Of a stretch of 64,000 nucleotides of DNA, positions 20,676 through 29,404 are shown one piece after another. The position numbers and the translations under genes were made by a program. Each line of letters opens with the position of its first letter. The stretch's first letter is position 1. A model generated the notes under the pieces. The model worked only from the letters and a program-made list of their open reading frames with translations. It ran no database searches and was not told the DNA's origin. Origin of the DNA: Alphaproteobacteria bacterium (GTDB lineage Bacteria > Pseudomonadota > Alphaproteobacteria > Rs-D84); the NCBI GenBank assembly GCA_017615655.1, contig JAFZZS010000005.1, forward strand, positions 80,445-144,444, given 5' to 3'.

Positions 20676-20704
20676 TTGCAAACAGTTAAATATGAAAGTA
20701 TAAT
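20676..20704 (+). promoter_or_regulatory. pnp promoter
   Basis: TTGCAA-17 nt-TATAAT. Confidence 0.75.
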
Positions 20705-20712
20705 CGGCATCA

Positions 20713-20788
20713 GCGAAGGAGAAATTGTTCATTTTTGCATTTGCTTAGAACCATGTTCAGAATGCAATAACGAATGATTTTTCTTCGC
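20713..20788 (+). promoter_or_regulatory. Long hairpin in the pnp 5' leader (putative RNase III/PNPase autoregulatory element)
   Basis: gcgaaggagaa pairs with ttttt-cttcgc; ttgttcatttttgcatt pairs with aatgcaataacgaatga; apical gaac-cat-gttc. Confidence 0.65.
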
Positions 20789-20829
20789 ATGTTGAAAGTG
20801 AAACAAACCAATTAAAACGGAGGAAAATT

Positions 20830-22995
20830 ATGTTATTTGGTTTAATAAAGAAAGATGAAAAAAGTCATCTTAACAACCCAGTTGCGGTTGAAATAAAATA
20901 TGGTGATGAAACATTGCGTTTGGAAACGGGTCGTTTTGCAAAACAGGCAAACGGTTCGGTTATGGCGACAATGGGTGGAACAATGGTTTTGGCGACTGTG
21001 TGTGCAGAAAAGACCGCAGTCGAGGGGCAAGATTTTTTCCCATTAACCGTCGATTATCAAGAAAAATTTGCGTCAGCTGGTCGTATACCTGGGTCGCGTG
21101 ATCGCCGTGAAGGCAAGGCATCAATAGGCGAAACGCTTATTGCGCGTTTGATTGATCGTCCAATACGTCCACTTTTCCCAGAAACATTTAAAAACAAAGT
21201 TCAGGTCATCGCCCAAGTTTTCTCGTACGATAGAAAGAACCAGCCAGATATTTTGGCAATGATTGCATCATCGGCGGCACTGGCATTATCAGGTGTTCCT
21301 TTCCAAGGACCAATTGGTGCCGCACGTGTCGGTTACATAGATGGCAAATACGTTTTGAATCCGTCTAAAAAGGATTTAGAAAAATCAGAAATGGATTTGG
21401 TCGTTGCGGCCACAAAAGATGGTGTTTTGATGGTTGAATCTGAAATTGGTGAATTGGACGAAGCAACCACACTAGGTGCTGTTAAATTTGGTTTTGATGA
21501 ACAGCAGGCGGTTATTTCTGCTATTAATGAATTGACGGAAAATGCGGGCAAAGAACGTTGGGCTGTGCCAGAGAAAACGCCAGAATATCTTGCAATGGAA
21601 AAAAAATTTGAAGACTTTGCCGGGGATATTGAATCTGCGTTGTCTATCAAAGAAAAGCTGAATCGTTTGGAAACATTGGCTAATATCCACAGTAGTGCCA
21701 AGGCATTAATTCCAGAAATGTTCCCAGACACAGTTGTTGCAACGTCAACATTAGAATCATTTGCTGATGAAATTGTTGAAAATATTACCGCGCGTATTAT
21801 GCGTTCTAATATTTTGGCAGGTAAACCGCGTATTGATGGACGTGATACCAAAACAGTTCGTCCAATTGAGATTGAACTAGGTGTGTTGCCTCGTGCACAT
21901 GGGTCTGCGTTGTTTACACGCGGAGAAACACAGGCATTGGTATCGTTAACTCTTGGTGGGGGCAAAGACGCATTACCGTTGGAAACACTTGATGGTGCCG
22001 AAGATCGTGATTTCATTTTGAACTATAACTTCCCAGGATTTTCAGTTGGTGAAGCCAAAGGTTTGAAAGCCCCAGGTCGTCGTGAAATTGGCCACGGTAA
22101 TTTGGCATGGCGTGCAGTTCATCCAATGATACCAAGTCGCAGTGAATTTGATTACGTAATTCGTTTGTGTTCCGATATTTTGGAATCTAACGGTTCGTCA
22201 TCAATGGCGACCACATGTGGTGCGACACTTGCCATGATGGATGGGGGTGTTCCAATGAAACGTCCTGTTGCCGGTATTGCGATGGGGCTTATCAAAGAAG
22301 GTAAAGATTACGCAATCTTGACAGATATCTTGGGTGACGAAGATCACCTTGGGGATATGGATTTCAAGGTAACAGGAACAGACCACGGTATCACTGCCTT
22401 GCAGATGGATATCAAAATCACATCTATTACATTTGAAATTATGGAAAAGGCATTGGCTCAGGCAAAAGATGGCCGTATGCACATCTTGGGCAAGATTACC
22501 AGTGCAATAAAGAAACCACGTGCACATGTTTCTGAATATGCGCCGCAAATGTATACTATGAAAATCAATCCAGACAAGGTTCGTGAAGTCATAGGCAAGG
22601 GCGGCGTTGTTATCCAGGCATTAACACGTGATACAAATACAACCATAGATTTGGAAGATGATGGAACGGTCAAGATTATGGCAGTAACGCGTGAAGATGC
22701 AGATGCGGCAATTGCGCGTATCAAAGAAATTGTTGCCGAACCCGAGGTTGGTGAAATCTATGCCGGTGTGGTTTCCGGAATGAAGGATTTCGGGTTGTTC
22801 GTTAAAATCTTGAACGGGTTTGAAGCCATGGTCCACATTTCTGAAATCACGGGCAAACGTCTTGAAAAAATCGAAGACGCCGGATTCAAAGAAGGCGATG
22901 CGGTATATGTAAAATACCTTGGTGCCGACAAACGTGGTAAAACACGTATGTCTATGGTCGGTATCGATCAGAAAACCGGGAAAGAAACAAAATAG
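20830..22995 (+). CDS. pnp: Polyribonucleotide nucleotidyltransferase (PNPase)
   Basis: FFPLTVDYQE, RLIDRPIRPLF, ESNGSSSMA, DHLGDMDFKV, KH and S1 domains. Confidence 0.98.
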   Translation: MLFGLIKKDEKSHLNNPVAVEIKYGDETLRLETGRFAKQANGSVMATMGGTMVLATVCAEKTAVEGQDFFPLTVDYQEKFASAGRIPGSRDRREGKASIGETLIARLIDRPIRPLFPETFKNKVQVIAQVFSYDRKNQPDILAMIASSAALALSGVPFQGPIGAARVGYIDGKYVLNPSKKDLEKSEMDLVVAATKDGVLMVESEIGELDEATTLGAVKFGFDEQQAVISAINELTENAGKERWAVPEKTPEYLAMEKKFEDFAGDIESALSIKEKLNRLETLANIHSSAKALIPEMFPDTVVATSTLESFADEIVENITARIMRSNILAGKPRIDGRDTKTVRPIEIELGVLPRAHGSALFTRGETQALVSLTLGGGKDALPLETLDGAEDRDFILNYNFPGFSVGEAKGLKAPGRREIGHGNLAWRAVHPMIPSRSEFDYVIRLCSDILESNGSSSMATTCGATLAMMDGGVPMKRPVAGIAMGLIKEGKDYAILTDILGDEDHLGDMDFKVTGTDHGITALQMDIKITSITFEIMEKALAQAKDGRMHILGKITSAIKKPRAHVSEYAPQMYTMKINPDKVREVIGKGGVVIQALTRDTNTTIDLEDDGTVKIMAVTREDADAAIARIKEIVAEPEVGEIYAGVVSGMKDFGLFVKILNGFEAMVHISEITGKRLEKIEDAGFKEGDAVYVKYLGADKRGKTRMSMVGIDQKTGKETK

Positions 22996-23007
22996 TAAGG
23001 TTTTTAT

Positions 23008-23385
23008 ATGACAACGCAGGTATTAGCGCAACAAAAACCTAGATTATTATGGACAGATTTAGATTGGGCAACCTATTTAGATTGCCCAATTTATGAGATA
23101 CCTGTGTATAAACATCGTCTTTCTGAAAATTTGCGTATGAAGATAAAGTTTTTAGAAGCAAACAGAAAATACGAGTTTCAAGTATTTCAATTGGTTGTTG
23201 GATCAAAGGGCAGACGTGTAGAACGTTATGTGTGGGCGGATTGTTTTAATCAGTCGTTTGATAAATCTCAGGTGATTTGCAATGCCAACAATCATATTTC
23301 GGAGTTAAAATTGAAACCCAGTGTGGCGATTAAATTTGGTGTCCCACAACGGGCGGTTCAAATGATGTTAATACATGAAAAATAA
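23008..23385 (+). CDS. Hypothetical protein
   Basis: 125-aa ORF between pnp and ybaB on the operon strand. No recognisable motif. Confidence 0.7.
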   Translation: MTTQVLAQQKPRLLWTDLDWATYLDCPIYEIPVYKHRLSENLRMKIKFLEANRKYEFQVFQLVVGSKGRRVERYVWADCFNQSFDKSQVICNANNHISELKLKPSVAIKFGVPQRAVQMMLIHEK

Positions 23386-23395
23386 GGAGTAAAAT

Positions 23396-23695
23396 ATGGA
23401 TATGGAAGCATTAATGGCTCAGGCATCAGAATTACAGTCCAAGGTTGCCGCTGCACAGGATAAATTGGCGGGTATGCGTGTCAAAGGTATTGCTGCAGGG
23501 GGGGCGTGCATTGTTGATATGACCGGTAAGTATGATATTTTATCTGTAACGATAAATCCATCAGTTGTTCAAAATGGCGTGTCTGCAGTTGAAGATGCGG
23601 TCTTGGCGGCGATGCGTGATGCCAAGCAAAAGGCGGACACATTGATTGATGGTGTTATGGCTGATGCAACTGCGGGCATGCCATTACCAAATTAA
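23396..23695 (+). CDS. ybaB: YbaB/EbfC family nucleoid-associated protein
   Basis: LMAQA.ELQ.K...AQ, G.AAGG...V.MTG, A.RDAK.KAD. AAGGAG RBS. Confidence 0.88.
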   Translation: MDMEALMAQASELQSKVAAAQDKLAGMRVKGIAAGGACIVDMTGKYDILSVTINPSVVQNGVSAVEDAVLAAMRDAKQKADTLIDGVMADATAGMPLPN

Positions 23696-23745
23696 AAAAA
23701 TCTGGACAATAGCGAAAATATAATTTACTATTGCCTGGGTATTTC

Positions 23746-23822
23746 GGATGTTTAGCTCAGTTGGCTAGAGCATCTGCTTTACACGCAGAGGGTCAGGGGT
23801 TCGAGTCCCTTAACATCCACCA
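23746..23822 (+). tRNA. tRNA-Val(TAC)
   Basis: GGATGTT...AACATCC-A-CCA, anticodon arm tctgc-tttacac-gcaga, TTCGAGT T-loop. Confidence 0.96.
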
Positions 23823-23827
23823 CAAAT

Positions 23828-23854
23828 AAAAAATGCACCATTTGGTGCATTTTT
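23828..23854. terminator. Bidirectional terminator after tRNA-Val
   Basis: A6-tgcacca-t-tggtgca-T5. Confidence 0.8.
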
Positions 23855-24938
23855 ATCTTGTTTTTCTTGGAAAGACGCCACGATTTATACCTAATTCGAC
23901 CGACGGTGCAAATTTGCCAAAGTTTTCATTTGGTGTTCCATCTGCATTTGGTTGGTATACCGGGTCATGATATGTTGCGCCAACCGCGACATATGCACCG
24001 CTGGCTGTGTGGTATATACCGATAGTTCCACCCTTGATTCCATCATCAGATTGTGCAAACCCGGTTAATGCGATGGATGCAACATTGTCTTTTAACTTGT
24101 ATTGATATGTTCCAAAAAACGCTGGCCGTTCACCCATATTCAAGAATTCCAACAACATTGAACTATTGTATGATGGGTTGCACATTATGTGAATATTGCC
24201 AATTGTGCGTTCTTTATCCAGTATAAGAATGCCACCAAATTTAAAATTATCTTCGATTTTCTGTTGCAAAACAAATACAACAGCACCATTCCCGGTGAAT
24301 TTTAACCCTGGGGTATATTCGGCATATCCGCCCGAAACAGTAGTTTCATCACCAGTGTATGTTGCAATTGCCGCGCGTGGAAAGTAATGACCAGCGCTTA
24401 GATAAGCCGCATTTATGAAATAATGGCTTACAGGCATAACTTTTGAAAAATTGATAGAATAGTTTAGTGCGGAAAATTTGCCATATTTGACATCAAATGT
24501 TCCAACCGACGTCCACAATGCAACAGTCATATACATATCGTGCGTAATAGATGTCATGTTTTGCCCAGTGTAATTTTGAATCATTTGCGTTGTCGTGGCG
24601 CCAATGGTTAGTTTATCTTTGATACGAACAAAAGGCTTAACCACAACCAACGGTGAAAAAACAGTCCGCAAATTATCTTGTGATGTATGCGTAAAAGATT
24701 CTAATTCGACATACAGCGCATCTTCGGGATGTGAAAATTTAACGGTTGGATTTTTAGGTTTTGGTGGTTCGTTCAAATTTATTGGGTTTTTATGTGTCAA
24801 TGTTTCCATTGGATCAAAATGTGAAATTGTATCACTATTAACATTTTGTGCGGCAACATTACCACCAAATAACATCGCTAAAACATAGGCAGCTAAATAT
24901 TTCCTGTTGATGAAAAAAAGTCTATTTTTCTTGTTCAT
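23853..24938 (-). CDS. Hypothetical exported protein, probable beta-strand-rich outer-membrane protein
   Basis: Signal peptide after MNKKNR; many alternating hydrophobic/polar strand-like segments. Confidence 0.6.
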   Translation of the reverse strand: MNKKNRLFFINRKYLAAYVLAMLFGGNVAAQNVNSDTISHFDPMETLTHKNPINLNEPPKPKNPTVKFSHPEDALYVELESFTHTSQDNLRTVFSPLVVVKPFVRIKDKLTIGATTTQMIQNYTGQNMTSITHDMYMTVALWTSVGTFDVKYGKFSALNYSINFSKVMPVSHYFINAAYLSAGHYFPRAAIATYTGDETTVSGGYAEYTPGLKFTGNGAVVFVLQQKIEDNFKFGGILILDKERTIGNIHIMCNPSYNSSMLLEFLNMGERPAFFGTYQYKLKDNVASIALTGFAQSDDGIKGGTIGIYHTASGAYVAVGATYHDPVYQPNADGTPNENFGKFAPSVELGINRGVFPRKTR

Positions 24939-25060
24939 GCAAAGCAAAATAATACACAAAATAACATTTGTCAAGTAATTAGACAGAATTATATAATTTG
25001 CACCGATGGGCTTTTTATGATATAATTACCAACATAAAAGACAAAAAAGGATGGGAGATT

Positions 25061-26659
25061 ATGAAGAAAATAGCAAAATTTTTGGCGATTTTTTCGGCCA
25101 TTGCCGGAATGGGTATTTGTGATGCCAGTGCCGACTGTAATTGGCTATATTGGACCCGTGGGGCACGTGGTGTTGATAGAAACGATTATTTATGGAAAAA
25201 TGCCCGTGAATATAACGATACTGCCGTAAGAGATGGGCAGGCCTATGCGGTTGTTTGTGGTGGTTTACAGAAAGGTACCTGTTGGGATGGCGATGTTATA
25301 ACCGCGCCAGCTGAGCACGTCTTTGAGGGACAAGTAGTACCCTATTCACGAAAGTATAAGTGTGTAGCAGGTCTGAGTGCGGATCACCGTTGGGAACCCC
25401 TTAGTGATGGTAATGTATGCCCTTCATTTAGATTTGAGAGGGCCACTATAAGACTGGCCAAGGGTCAAACGTATCCAAACCAAAATGATGTCACAATGAC
25501 CCGTGAAGGATGTCAGAAAATTACAAATGAATCATTGGATCCGTACGGCATCAGATATCAAGTGAAATGCAATAATAGTTTAAAATTAGAATGTGTTTTA
25601 AAAGATTGCAAGGGTGGTTATGTTCCAAGTGGTAATAGATGTGTCGAGAAAACCACACCACCAAAACCAAATAATTGCAAAGTGACACTCAAAGGAAAAA
25701 GTGTTACGGTTGAGGCTGGGCATCCTTATTCAGAATGGCTTACCGCGCAAGAATGTAAAAGTGTAGTGCCTTCGGCGGTAGTCGATGAAAATGCTTTATA
25801 TCAATTTTGGTGTGGACCAGAATGTAAAGAAATTGCATGCAAGGATGGTTATGTACACAACGAAAAAGGTAATTGTATCAAAAAAGGCAGTGGCAAGACA
25901 TGTCGCGAAAGTCGCGCAGGCATGAGTGTCGAGGCCATTGCATGTTGCGATACAGGCACTGCGGCAAAATGGGATGGAAGCAGATGTAACTGCAAAGATT
26001 TAAACACTCATTTTGAAATTGTAAATGGTCGTGGTCAGTGTGTGGCAAATGGTGGTGGCAATACAAATCGATGCCCATCAGATGCGGTCCCAAGTGCAGA
26101 TAACACAACATGTATATGTACCGATCAGAACAAGGAATTTAATTCAACTCTCAGACAATGCGTTGCCAAGGGTAACGTTGTACACACGTGTCCAGATCAT
26201 ATGGTATGGGACGAATCCAAAAACCAGTGTGAATGCATCGAATTAAATCAGCGCAAACAAGGTGACAAGTGCGTATGTGCTGTTCCGGATGCGAAAAATG
26301 ATGAAAACGGTATTTGCCAATGCAATGACAAAGAAAAGGTTGTCAAAGATGGCAAGTGCGAATACGATGAATCTATATTGGCGAAAATACGTGCCGAAAT
26401 TAGCGCAACATATGGTCGTTTGAATGCATCAGTCGGTGGATTTGAAAAGTCCGTATGGAAAGACGAGGATGGTAACTTTAATACCGCACGTTTGGCATCT
26501 GATAGTATCGCGGGCGTTGTGCTTGGAACGGCGGGTGGTATTATCACGTCCAAGATTGTCAAAAAGAACCAATTGAAACAGGGTTTCGAAGATATTAAAT
26601 GTTCAATTGGTGGTCAAACAGTTGCAAGTTATGGCGATACATTCAGTGTAGGAATGTAA
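25061..26659 (+). CDS. Cysteine-rich secreted protein with a C-terminal Gly-rich hydrophobic domain
   Basis: Signal peptide MKKIAKFLAIFSAIAG, about 36 Cys with repeated CxC units, tail RLASDSIAGVVLGTAGGIITS. GGGAG RBS. Confidence 0.8.
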   Translation: MKKIAKFLAIFSAIAGMGICDASADCNWLYWTRGARGVDRNDYLWKNAREYNDTAVRDGQAYAVVCGGLQKGTCWDGDVITAPAEHVFEGQVVPYSRKYKCVAGLSADHRWEPLSDGNVCPSFRFERATIRLAKGQTYPNQNDVTMTREGCQKITNESLDPYGIRYQVKCNNSLKLECVLKDCKGGYVPSGNRCVEKTTPPKPNNCKVTLKGKSVTVEAGHPYSEWLTAQECKSVVPSAVVDENALYQFWCGPECKEIACKDGYVHNEKGNCIKKGSGKTCRESRAGMSVEAIACCDTGTAAKWDGSRCNCKDLNTHFEIVNGRGQCVANGGGNTNRCPSDAVPSADNTTCICTDQNKEFNSTLRQCVAKGNVVHTCPDHMVWDESKNQCECIELNQRKQGDKCVCAVPDAKNDENGICQCNDKEKVVKDGKCEYDESILAKIRAEISATYGRLNASVGGFEKSVWKDEDGNFNTARLASDSIAGVVLGTAGGIITSKIVKKNQLKQGFEDIKCSIGGQTVASYGDTFSVGM

Positions 26660-26682
26660 ATCCATAAAAGTTTGATAATAAT

Positions 26683-26707
26683 TACCCCGGCTTTTGCCGG
26701 GGTATTT
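26683..26707. terminator. Intrinsic terminator between convergent genes
   Basis: taccccggc-tttt-gccggggta. Confidence 0.8.
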
Positions 26708-26712
26708 CTTAC

Positions 26713-27456
26713 TTATCTGTGTCGTAATCCCCAGTAATATGCCGTATTGATATATTGGGCGGCACGTTCAATATCAAATTGATTCGTTTCTGGGTTCTTT
26801 AATTTTCCCTCGGCGTCTATCCATGTGGTATAATCAGCAGGCAGTACATAATTTATCTTATCAAGATTATTTGCAATGTTTTCTGGTGATAAACCGCCAC
26901 TGTAACCCATTTTATGTTTGTCCATAACAGGTGCACGCCAACTTTTCGGGCTGATACCGCGACCACCCGATGCATCAAACAATAATGAAAAAGGAACCCC
27001 GGTTTTACTCAGTGCATGAATCCGTTCGCGTTGCGCAGGCGCGTATTGAAATATAAATTCAATGTCTGGGTATGCACGAATAATATCTGCAACTTTTTGC
27101 GCATAGAAACGGTATTTATTGCTGCCACCGTTGATGTTTATTTGAATCCGACCAATTACATGTTTGCCATTGTCGCGTTTCAAATCAATCATACGCTTTA
27201 TTTCATATGGAATTATCCCGTTACAAATTTCTGTGCGCCATTCCGAATTAACGTGCATTGCAAGATTTATGTTATTTACACGTGATGCATGCAAAAGCGT
27301 ATCAAACCAAACATATCGTGGCATATGTGCAGAAAATTTAGTTGGATGTGCCTGAATTGCGAATTCTGCCATTGGGTACTGTTTACCAAGGTTGATAATG
27401 TCATCTATGGTATTATATTCACGCATATCGCTGCAGGTTATTTTTTCTAAAATCAT
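26713..27456 (-). CDS. Stand-alone TrpF/PRAI-like TIM-barrel protein
   Basis: LFDASGGRG, GYSGGLSPENI, WIDAEGKLK..FD motifs. Confidence 0.7.
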   Translation of the reverse strand: MILEKITCSDMREYNTIDDIINLGKQYPMAEFAIQAHPTKFSAHMPRYVWFDTLLHASRVNNINLAMHVNSEWRTEICNGIIPYEIKRMIDLKRDNGKHVIGRIQININGGSNKYRFYAQKVADIIRAYPDIEFIFQYAPAQRERIHALSKTGVPFSLLFDASGGRGISPKSWRAPVMDKHKMGYSGGLSPENIANNLDKINYVLPADYTTWIDAEGKLKNPETNQFDIERAAQYINTAYYWGLRHR

Positions 27457-27492
27457 TTCATTTTCCTTTTTGTTACTTGCATCCTCTGCTTG

Positions 27493-28572
27493 TTAACCAC
27501 TTATTCTTAATTGACCACATGCAGAACCTATATCTGTGCCACGTTCCCGGCGTATGCGTGTATGTACCCCATTTTTTATCAATATATCTTGAAATCTGTG
27601 AACAGCGTTTCCCGATGGTGATGAAAATTCTCGTTCAGTAACAGCATTCCATGGAATAAGATTAACCATACAGTTCTTGTCACGAACTATTTCAACCAAT
27701 TCGTTTGCGCATTCAGGTGTTGCGTTCAACAAGTTACCCTGGGCATCCCCCAGTAATATATATTCTATCATCAATTGACGGTTATGGGTGTTAGTAAATC
27801 GCCATGCGGCGTCCATTATCTCAGCAATAGAATATTTGTTCGCTATGGGCATTATTTTACGCCGTAATTCATCATTTGGTGCATGTAAAGATATCGCAAG
27901 GTTAATTGGTCGTCCCCATTCAATAAGTCTATCTATGCCCGGAACAATACCACATGTAGAAACAGTGATTCTGCGCCAACCGATGCCCATATCTTGATTT
28001 GCACGTTCCATAAACCCAATAACGTTTTCGGTATTTTGCAATGGTTCGCCAGTTCCCATAACAACAATATGTGAAACATCATTATTGTTTGCATCACCAT
28101 TTGGATGTACGGGCTTTTCGTTGAATTTATCGGTACGCAATTCCCACTGTGCCACAAGTATTTGCGCAAAAATCTCGTTTGCAGTCAAATTGCGCTTTAG
28201 TCCAAGTAGTGTGCTGGCACAAAATTTACAACCCATTGCGCATCCCGCCTGGGAACTGACACAAACACTGTTACCATAACTTGTTCGCATTAAAACGCAT
28301 TCGATTCTTTCACTGTCGTGTAATTCTAGTAAGAATTTTATGGTTTGTCTGTCTGATGATTCAAGTTTTTTTATAACCTGAACAGGTAATGTTTGGGCAA
28401 CCCTGTCCAAATCATTCCGTAATGTCTCAGGAATATTTTTCATAACAGAAAAATTTGGCGCCCCACGATTAATCCATTCAGAAATTTGCTTTGCGCGAAA
28501 CCGTGGCTGCCCCATATCAGTCACAAACTTTTCAAGTTCCGCATTCGTTAAATTAAAAAGAATGGTTTTCAT
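27493..28572 (-). CDS. rlmN: Dual-specificity RNA methyltransferase RlmN
   Basis: CVSSQAGCAMGCKFC radical SAM motif, MGTGEP, SLHAP, SACGQL. Confidence 0.96.
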   Translation of the reverse strand: MKTILFNLTNAELEKFVTDMGQPRFRAKQISEWINRGAPNFSVMKNIPETLRNDLDRVAQTLPVQVIKKLESSDRQTIKFLLELHDSERIECVLMRTSYGNSVCVSSQAGCAMGCKFCASTLLGLKRNLTANEIFAQILVAQWELRTDKFNEKPVHPNGDANNNDVSHIVVMGTGEPLQNTENVIGFMERANQDMGIGWRRITVSTCGIVPGIDRLIEWGRPINLAISLHAPNDELRRKIMPIANKYSIAEIMDAAWRFTNTHNRQLMIEYILLGDAQGNLLNATPECANELVEIVRDKNCMVNLIPWNAVTEREFSSPSGNAVHRFQDILIKNGVHTRIRRERGTDIGSACGQLRISG

Positions 28573-29393
28573 AGTTTATATCTGTTGTCGTTGATAATAA
28601 CTACGGCCTTGCGACGCAGTTGTTTTAATTGTTGGTCGGCGATAAACATCGCTTGTTTATAAATCGCATTTTGCTTAATCATATCATCTAATTTCCCATA
28701 TTCATTGGTCTTTTTAGTGCTGCATACCAAGAATATTGTCCCATCAGACGGCTTTGACCAGGTTAGTGCAGGCAATCCTGCAACTTTTTCGCGTATCTCG
28801 GGTGCCAATTCATATTGTAATGCACTAAATTTCTGGGGTATTCCACCAAGATTTTCCGCCATATTAACCGCATTATCGCAACTTTTAGGCTTAGTTAGTT
28901 TTTTAGCAACATCATCTGGGACATCAGTCAATCGTACAAGTGTCATTTCTATCGGTAACCCATGTTCACGCTCAATAGATAACTTTTCGGCGGCAATATC
29001 TTCCTTGCTTACCTCGATAGTCGGCATAATGGTGCGCCCCACAATAACCTGCCATGCAATGTTTGCACGTGTAGCCGAAATGGCCATGCTAAGTTCAGAT
29101 GCGCTAAGGTTATCAAGATTCATACGTTTCAGTTCTGCAATTGCATCTTTTTCACTTGGGACCGCATTAAAATTACCGGCATATTTAAGTTTAACATTAT
29201 CATCTATGATATTTTGTAATGCCTGGCGACGATTATCCGTAGAAGTATTTCCTTGGCGTGCCATAAGTTTTGTGCGTGCGGTTATGTCGGTATCGGTAAT
29301 TGGTTTGCCGTCAACCGTCGCAACAACGGTTGTAGCATTTGCACAATAAATACAAGCGAAACATAATATAATAAATGCAAATATTTTTTTCAT
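28569..29393 (-). CDS. surA: SurA-like periplasmic chaperone
   Basis: Signal peptide, VVATVDG.PIT..DI..R, C-terminal L..LRRKAV.I; lies downstream of lptD. Confidence 0.8.
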   Translation of the reverse strand: MKKIFAFIILCFACIYCANATTVVATVDGKPITDTDITARTKLMARQGNTSTDNRRQALQNIIDDNVKLKYAGNFNAVPSEKDAIAELKRMNLDNLSASELSMAISATRANIAWQVIVGRTIMPTIEVSKEDIAAEKLSIEREHGLPIEMTLVRLTDVPDDVAKKLTKPKSCDNAVNMAENLGGIPQKFSALQYELAPEIREKVAGLPALTWSKPSDGTIFLVCSTKKTNEYGKLDDMIKQNAIYKQAMFIADQQLKQLRRKAVVIINDNRYKL

Positions 29394-29404
29394 ACATTCT
29401 CCTT

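Noticed and set aside
23746-27490. Integrative island at tRNA-Val
   Set aside because: No integrase and no duplicated tRNA 3' end found downstream.
17608-29349. Long antisense ORFs (e.g. 17608-18237, 21333-22016, 28705-29349)
   Set aside because: Shadow frames of mutS, pnp and surA, with no motifs or RBS.
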